Origin: Oculatellaceae cyanobacterium bins.114
GTDB lineage: Bacteria; Cyanobacteriota; Cyanobacteriia; Elainellales; Elainellaceae
Direction: 5' to 3'
NCBI GenBank assembly: GCA_033764315.1
Contig: JANRJA010000041.1
Coordinates: 1 to 64,000 of the forward strand
DNA: 64,000 bases
The notes beneath the pieces are model-generated. The model did no database searches. It was not told the origin of the DNA and was given only the letters and a program-made list of their open reading frames with translations. The stretch's first letter is position 1. The number at the start of each line of letters is the position of its first letter. A program made the position numbers and the translations under genes. This document shows, piece by piece, positions 39,001 through 48,000 of the stretch.

Positions 39001-42000
39001 CTGGCACGATTGGGGTGTGGGCAGAAGGCGAAGGAATCAAATATTTCGACGATTTGCAGGTGTCTGAAGGCATGATCTTATTTGAAGAGTTTGCCCCGCT
39101 GTCGCTCAATCAGCATCCTAACAACTGGGTAGATACCAGCATTCGTCACAGCTTTGTGCCTGAACCCGGTTTATTTAAAACCATTGAGGTCGATGGCAAA
39201 ACTGTATTTGGCACCACCAGCGAGAAATATAGTGCTCATTCTCACTACACGCTTCCCGGTGAAGTGTTGAACTGGTCAAACTATACCTATATGGGCAAGT
39301 TGCGGTTGACCGATGCTAACGGTGGAATTGGGGTGACGGTTTTGAGCCGTTATCCTGAAGACCGAGACACCTATTATCGGTTGAGCTATGGCAGAACAAC
39401 CCAGTTCAATACGTTTCATCTGGTGGCCTATCCCTACACTCCTGTTCGATTAATGGGAGACACGGATTCGGGGATCACACCGGCTCTTAATGTTTGGTAT
39501 CGCTTCCGAATGACGGTGCAAGATGCAGGCGATCGCACCACTATCAAAGCCAAGATCTGGCAAGACGGACACGACGAACCCGTTGAGTATTCGATCGATG
39601 CGTATGACAACAGTGGCAACCCTGGCGGTAACGGCACCGCACGCCTCACCAGTGGCACCGTCGGTGTTTGGGGAGCAGGTCAGGGCAGCAAGTTCTTTGA
39701 CGAATTGGCTGTGTTTCGTCACATCACAGTGTTAGAAGATTTTGGCAATGATGCGTCTGACACGAACCCTCCTCAATGGAGAAATGTTAGTGCCCGTAGC
39801 CTATTCGCCACCGATCTAACTCTGTTTGCAACGGCTGATGTCTCTGACAATACGCTGCACTGGACTGCAGTAGACAACTACCCGTTGCTATTGCGCCCAC
39901 TCAATCAACAGGCACTACGATTTGACGGTCGCGGTGAATATGTGGCTGGGGCATTGCAGCAACCGCTGGAGTTGACGCAATTTACTGTTGCTGCCTGGAT
40001 TCAATTGACGGGTTCTCCCAATCCTCTGGTTGAGCAAGAAAACCCTATTGTGGGACTGGGTGGGTTGACCCTGGCTGGGCAAGCAGTGAAGTTGTGGTTT
40101 GGCATCACCGTTGGTACTGAAGGCCAGCAACACTTTAAGCTGAGTGTGTCGCAGGTTCAAGATCAGACTCGACTGATCGATCAAACCCATCCTATTCCTC
40201 TGGGTGAATTTGTCTATGTGGCGGTTCAAGTGGATGGCGATCGCGTGACCTTTTATCTGGCTGGAGAACAAGACTTTGCTAACGAAGCCAATGTTCGCAA
40301 GTTGCAAACACCGCTGGCGTTGCGGGTCAACCGCATCGAAATTGGCAGAGATCTGGGCACCCGCTATTTTGCTGGACAAATTAAAGAACTGCGGTTGTGG
40401 AATGTTGCCCGTCCGTTAGATGGGGCGATCGCTGACCGCTATCAACGTCCGGTTGTGTCTCGTGAGTTAGTCGGCTATTGGGCATTTAACGAAACGCAGG
40501 GCACGGAAACCAGAGATGCCTCGATGAGTGGCAACACCCTCTGGTTAGGGGATAGTGTGGGGGCACGCCAACCAGACCTGGTCGATTTGACAGAAGCCGA
40601 TCGAGGATTTTGGCGATCGCAGCGACAAGTGTTGGGCTTTAATGGCACTGACCAACGAGTTACGTTGTCAGATCAAGGTAGTGGCAGTGCTCGTCTGCGA
40701 CGCACGATTGAGGTGTGGTTCAGGGTAGAGGACAAAGGCATTGGCGATCGCAAGCAAGTGATCTATCACGAAGGCGATGACCAGCGAGGGCTAAATATTT
40801 ACCTGTTTGATGGCTGTCTTTACTTTGGTGGATACAACGTTTCACCTATCGAAAGCGACTGGCAGGGCACCTGGATCAAAACTGACCGCATCCAGTCGGG
40901 TAAATGGCATCATGTGGCATTGGTCTTAGATGGCAGAGCCGAAGTGCGTCCAGCCTCTTTTCGTGCCTTTTTAGATGGCCGATCGATTGATGTCAGCCCT
41001 GGATCACAGCTCTGGGGCGATCGCCCACCTTCCTCAATGGGGGGTGTCAGTAGCAAAGTACGCTTCCACGATGGCGTCTCTCTAGACCGACCGGGACACT
41101 TCTTCCGGGGGCAAATTTTGGAATTGCGGGTGTGGAACACCGTTCGCACTGCCACACAAATTGCCACCTATCGCATGGCAGAGTTACAAGGCGACGAGCC
41201 ATTTCTGGCTTTGTGGTGGGTGTTTGATGGACTCACCAGCACCCCCAATGGCGTCGAAATTCTCGATATGAGTGGCAACCGTCACACAGCAATTGTGGAA
41301 TCGGGACAGATCCAACCAATCATCTTGCCCCAACGGGCAACTCTCCCTGAAACCGATCTGACTGCACCTGTGCTCGATGGACTCGCCACCATCAAACAAC
41401 TGCAAGACCAGAGTAACCTGTCGATCGATCGCCTGGTGGCCCTGTGGTATCGCATCAAGCACATGGGTCGAGAAGACAAAACCACTCTGTTTGACCAGGT
41501 GTTTAACCCCAAGGGCATTGCGGGTGACGCTCGACGTAACAGCGAAGCGGCACGCTGGGAAGCTTATCCTATCGTGCGCTGGGGCAGATTGGGACAAGAA
41601 AATCTCAACCGCGATCGCCAGATTCGGACTCGTTTAATGGGGGCACTGCAAACCTCTGATGCCGATCTCAACACGATCGTAGAATCTCTCAGTGGTTTAG
41701 ACCCGATCATCGATCTGGATAGTGCCTATCTCAACCAACTCTATCGGCTAGCGCGGTTGTCGCGTTTGTTGGGGTTGGGCGTCAATGACTTGTTGCGTTT
41801 GATGGACTGGATGCAACTTCAGTCAGTGAATAGTCTCAGTGATGTGGTGCAACTGGTGGAACGTGCCGATTGGTTGAAACTGACAGGCATTACTGTTGCT
41901 GACCTGGAGTTTTTTGCCAGCCCTGTCGGGGGCGATCGCCTACTGGGGATCACTGAAGCCACCATACGGGATGTCGCGGATAGCCTGATTCGCCAATCGC

Positions 42001-45000
42001 GTGACTTTTTGGTGAATGGTGACTCCTTTGTCTCAAACGAGATCAGTCAAGCTCAAGCGATCGCTCTCTTTGCAGCACTCACCACCAGCGGGTTTCTCAG
42101 CCCCACAGACTTTGTGGATGGCAAACGGGCTGTCACTGAGCAATATCAGGGATTGAATGATCTGAGTAACCTCAATTTGAGTGATCTGGAGTTGCAAGAG
42201 CAGTTACGTCCTCACTGGGTTCAGGTTGATGCTCTATTAACTCGTTTGCGAGATGAACACAAAAATGCCCTGTTGGTTGAACTGGCTACCCTGTTTGACA
42301 CTCAACCCGACGTGATGCAGGTGGTGTTTGCAGAATATGAGTCACTGATGCAGCCGATTCAGTTCCTCACTGAAATGCAAACCTTGCAAACGCCAGGTTC
42401 AATCCTCTCAAACAACCTGATTGTCTATCTCAACACCCTGACCAAAGTGCTGACACTGGCAACTCGCTTTGGGTTGACGGCGGCTGAGTTAGCTGTGTTG
42501 TTCGATCATCCTGACTATTTTTCAGTCAACAGTGTGTTACAACCAGCGATCGCCGATCTTAATAGTCTTTACCAGTTCAAAACGTTTAAAACCCTATACA
42601 GTGATACCCAGGGCAACCTGGTGCAACTGTTGCAAACGACCACCGCTTTAGATGCGACGCAGGCGATCGTGACGCTCACCGGGTGGGATGAGGAACAATT
42701 GCGCCGCTTACAAGTCTACTTTGGGTCAACTCGACTGTATAACCGTCTAGCGGATCTAGCACAACTCCAGCCCAGCATCGATCTGGCGCAGTCATTGCAA
42801 GTCGATGTTGACCTCTTGATTCAGTTGGTGTTGCCCCAGCAAACCTTCCAGGGCTTCCAACAGTTAGCAGCGGCACTGCTCAAGGTGCTTCAAGCTCAAT
42901 ATTCGACCGAGGATTGGCAAACGGTTTACAAGCCTATTCGCAATCAAATCTCCGTCAGACGACGGGATGCTCTGCTAGGGTTGGCATTGCGGAAACTGGC
43001 TCAAAAAACAGGAGACAGACGCGATGCGGATCTGTTGTATGAATATTTTTTGGTTGATCCGCAAGTGGGCAGCGAAGTAGAAACATCGCGTATTCTCCAA
43101 GCGACTGCCAGCCTGCAACTGTATGTGCAGCGATGTCTGATGAATCTGGAAAAAGGGGTTGATCCGTCCAAAGTTCCCCTCAAGGAATGGGAGTGGATGA
43201 AAAACTATCGGGTGTGGGAGGCAAATCGCAAGGTCTTCTTATATCCCGAAAACTATATTGAGCCAGAGTTGCGTGATACTAAAACACCCCTGTTTGAAGA
43301 ACTTGAGCAAGAGTTATTGCAATCAGATATCAACCAGCGATCCGTCGAGCGAGCTTACACTAATTACCTCGATAAGTTTGCTGAACTGGCAAACCTGCGG
43401 ATTGTCGGCAGTTATCTCCGTAAGCTGTCAGACACCGAAAAAATTCTCTATCTGATTGGACGCACCGATACTCAACCCCGCATTTACTACTACCGAGAGT
43501 TACATCTAGTAGACGAACAGCCCTCCCGCTGGCTCCCGTGGTACAAGATCGATCTGACGATCAACTCTGATTACGTCACTCCTGTCTATGCCTTCGATCG
43601 CCTCTTTTTGTTTTGGGCGGAGATCACCAAAACCACGGAATCTTTTGATGTGGATGGGACGCAACAGAGCCGCGATGTCTATGAACCGACGGTCAAATAC
43701 TCGTACTACAACTTTAGTGAAGCCTGGGCACAACCCCAAACCTATCTCCAACTGGGGCGCAAGCTTGATCAAGCTACTATTCAGTTGCAACAGTGGCAAC
43801 GGGTCAACGTGCAACGGGGCATCGTGCCGCGATCGCCCGATTCTTTAGGCAATAATTCCGGTGACGATAACACTGCTCAGCCTGTCAATGTTCTCAAAGT
43901 GGCCCGCAAGAACAACCAGGCAAACTTTGCGCTAGAGCGATCGGTTTATTTTGACTCCAGTGACTCCACATGGAGCATTTGGGCGAAGTTGATCGACCAA
44001 GGGGTAGTATCTTCAAGTCTCCAATCAACAACCCTGGAGCTGTTTACTTACACCAATGGTCAACTCGCTATTGCTGTCCTCGCGCAGCAAGCCGTGATCT
44101 CTTTACCAACCGCTAGCCTGACTCAAAAGGCGATCGAAAAGCCGCTGCTTGACAAGCTAAATCCAGTGTTTTTGCAAGCACGTCGGCTACTGAAAGCGTC
44201 AGAAGCTGCCATAGCTTTCATTGAAACTCGTCCTTCACTAGAGCGATCGTTTAATGAACTGAACTCGTTAGACCAGGCAACGACCCTGCTGAGAGAGGCC
44301 AACCAGCAATTTAGTCAAACCTTAAATGAGCTCCAGGTTGAGTTAGGAACCACTCGAACTGAGGTATTGAGACGGATTGAGACAGAAATCACGTCTCTGG
44401 CTACAGGAATCGCCACTATGGCTCAACAAGTTCGACTACTCGTGACGGTTTCTTCTGAAGAAATTGATATCACTCGTCAAATTGTTTGGGTTGGTGAACA
44501 AACCAATCGACAGGTAGTGAAAATTTTACAAAACGTAGAAGATCAGCCCACCAAAGCACAGTTTGTCTGGGGAACTCCATCCCTGACTCTGCAAGTCATA
44601 CTGGGTGGTCGCCTCGTCCTTGAATCTCCAATGGAGTTTGGGAAATGGACTCATATTGCCTTAACGTTTCAACCCCAATCCGATCGCTCAACTCTATGGC
44701 TCTGCACCACCAAACTGGGAGAACTATCCACAACCCAGGCTTGTGAAGTGTTTCTAGACCGATTGCCCACCACCGGATTACTCACCGTGGGCATACCCAA
44801 TAAACCTGACCTCAGCTCAAGTGAGTTGGTCACGGCTCAACTGAGCGAGTTTCAACTGTGGTCTTATGCCCGAGATCAGGCCACCATTGTCGATGAGATG
44901 AGCCAGCGCAAAGACGGCAATGAGTTGGGTTTAATTTTGCATCTGCCGCTTGATACCGACGGGGGGAACGCCAATCTGGTGATCGAACCTTCCAATGCTG

Positions 45001-48000
45001 GGGGAAATGGGTTGTTCCTGCGGCGATCGCGCTTTAGTTTGCCTTATCAGATCAACGTTGATCAAGAGCGCATGCTGGTCTTTTATGGCGACACACTAGG
45101 CACTCTGCGGAATAACCTGGATGACCAGAGCTTTGGGCTGACTCTAGAGCGGCGCAACACTCAACCTCACTACGATGTCACCATTACTCAATCCAATCTG
45201 CACATTGTCACCACCGCAGGATTGAGCATGAATGACTTTGCGGCAGGAGGAGATACTCAAAGTCGAACAGCCGATGTCACCCTGGCAGGAACAACGTATA
45301 ACTTGCGTAATTACAACCCTGAGTATTTGCGTTCGATTGTGATTACCTATGATCGCTTGACTCAATCTGGTCAGCTTGTTCCCCCTGTTTTAACGACCTT
45401 GGTGAACGCCATCAACGCCTATTTGAATGAGACAATTAGTAGTAACAACAACCTGCTGCAAAATCTGCCTGCGTTTGAATCAACCGTGTTTGATGTCAAC
45501 AATCAACCGGGTTGGTACATTGTCAATACTAAAAATGAGCAGTTTTTGTTGATGGCAGAGCAACCCGCTAAAACCGTCGAAGAACGCTTGAAGTTTGAAT
45601 ATGGCAAGACTCAAACCCGTTCTGCGCCTCAACCGATTACGGTTTACTTTGATGCCGACCTATCCTTGCAAGTACCGGATCAAGCAACGCCTCCTGGCTT
45701 TAAGTTTAAGCTTGAGCGAATCAGCACCTATGCCATTCATAAGTTAAGCCAAAACCTGTTTAAAGGTGGATTAGATGCTCTCGTGAGCCGTCAATCTCAA
45801 CTGACTCAGGAATGGAATTTTGGAGACTATCAACACAACCCCGAACGGGTTACACCGCCAAGCACCTATCAAGGTACGACCCCCGAAACCATTGACTTTA
45901 ATGGTGCATATGGCGTTTATTACTGGGAGATTTTCTTCCATATTCCCTTTTTGATTGCCAATCGACTCAACGCCAATCAAAACTTTGCTGATGCTCAACG
46001 GTGGTATCACTATATTTTTGACCCCACCGCTCGCGAAACGGCCAGTCCTGGTCAACACCCCGGCGATCGCTACTGGCAGTTTGTCCCTTTCCGCAATCGT
46101 CAGTCAACCTCTCTAGCCGAACTGCTCACCAACTCAACGGCTCTAGCCGAATATCGCAACGACCCCTTTGACCCACATGCGATCGCCCGTTTGCGACTGG
46201 TCGCTTATCAAAAGGCGATTGTTATGAAATACATCGACAACTTGTTAGATTGGGGCGATGCCCTGTTTACCCGCGATACCCGCGAGTCAATCAACGAAGC
46301 CACGATGCTTTATGTCTTGGGCTATAACCTTTTAGGGCAACGCCCCAACGTTAAAACAGTCAAAGAGTTAAGGGAAGTAGGCACCTATGCTGATTTCTTA
46401 AAAGAACATGAGGCATTGGAGCAAGCCAACACCGATTTAATTCAACAAAACAATCTCGACTTTGAGTTTTGGTCGGGTGATGAACGTACTCTGTTGAAAA
46501 CCAATGGGGCAAATCCACACCGCCAGTTGATTACCAGTTTTTTGGTGCCTGAAAACGAAACGTTTATAGGGTATTGGGATCGGGTCGAAGATCGTCTCTA
46601 CAAGATTCGCCATAGCCTCAATATCGAAGGAGTATTTCGACAACTAGCACTGTTTGATCCACCCATTGATCCAATGGCATTGGTGCGAGCAGTTGCCGGA
46701 GGGCGTGATTTAGGTAGTGTGCTGAATGATGTCAATGCCCCTGTGCCTCACTATCGATATGCCTATTTGCTAGAAAAAGCAAAAGAGATGGTGTCGTTTG
46801 TCACCGAGTTAGGTGGATCACTCCTAGAGGTGATCGAAAAGCGGGAAGCGGCTCAGCTAGAGGTGATGCTCAACACCCACGAACAGAGTATTCTCGATTT
46901 GACCACTCAGGTTAAACGGTGGGAACTGGATGGAGCGCAGAAACAGCTTGATCAGTTGCAGATCAATAAACAACGGACCGAAGACAAGAAGGAATACCTG
47001 ACCAAACTGATTAATAATGATCTGTCAACTGAAGAGGAAGCCTCTCTAACCCTCAAGGGACTGGCACAAGGTAGCCGCACAGTTGCATCAGTGTTGAAGT
47101 TTTTGGCATCTAATTTTTATGCGATTCCAGATGTGATTGCAGGTGCCGCAGGGGTTGCCTCACCCGTAGCATTGACTAAAGCAGGAGGTGAGGGCGTTGG
47201 TAATGTATTACAGGGCATCTCTGATGGCACAGAAATGGTAGCTGACGTTTTAGATACGGCGGCAGATATGACCGAAAAGATTGGCGAATACAAACGTCGC
47301 AAAGGAGAGTGGGAACAAGAGAAGAAAGTGGCTGAGTCTGAGTTGAGAGAAATAGATGTGCAAATTGCAGTAGCTCAAATTGAGTTGCAAAAAACTCAAC
47401 GAGAGCTGTTATTACACCAAAAGGCAATCACTCAAAGCCAGGAAATTGCCACCTTCTATCGCAGCAAATTCTCTAATCAAACCCTCCATAATTGGATGAT
47501 TGGACGCTTGTCAGCCCTCTACTTCCAGGCTTACAAACTGGCCTATGATCTAGCAAAATCGGCTGAAAAAGCTCTGCAATTTGAGCTACCTACTACTGAT
47601 ACTTTCATCAGTTTTGGGCATTGGGATAGCCTCAAAAAAGGGTTGTTGGCGGGTGAGTCGCTGATGCTAGAACTCAACCGGATGAGCAAGTTCCACCTCG
47701 ATCGCGACAGCCGCTTTTTAGAGATGGAAAAAACAATCTCCCTGAAAGTGTCTCCCAACTTGAGCGGTGAGCTACAAACGCTGAGTAATAAACTGAGTGA
47801 CCTAAAGAGCAGTGGAGTTTGCGAGTTTAACTTGAGTGAGCGACTATTTGATGAAGACTATCCCGGTCACTATTGTCGCTTGCTCAAAACTATTTCCATT
47901 TCTATTCAGGTCAATTTTGAGGGTATGTCACCCGATGAACGTCGAGAACTAGAGTTGCGATCGGTGAACGCAACCGTGATTCAGCGGAGTAACAAAACGC

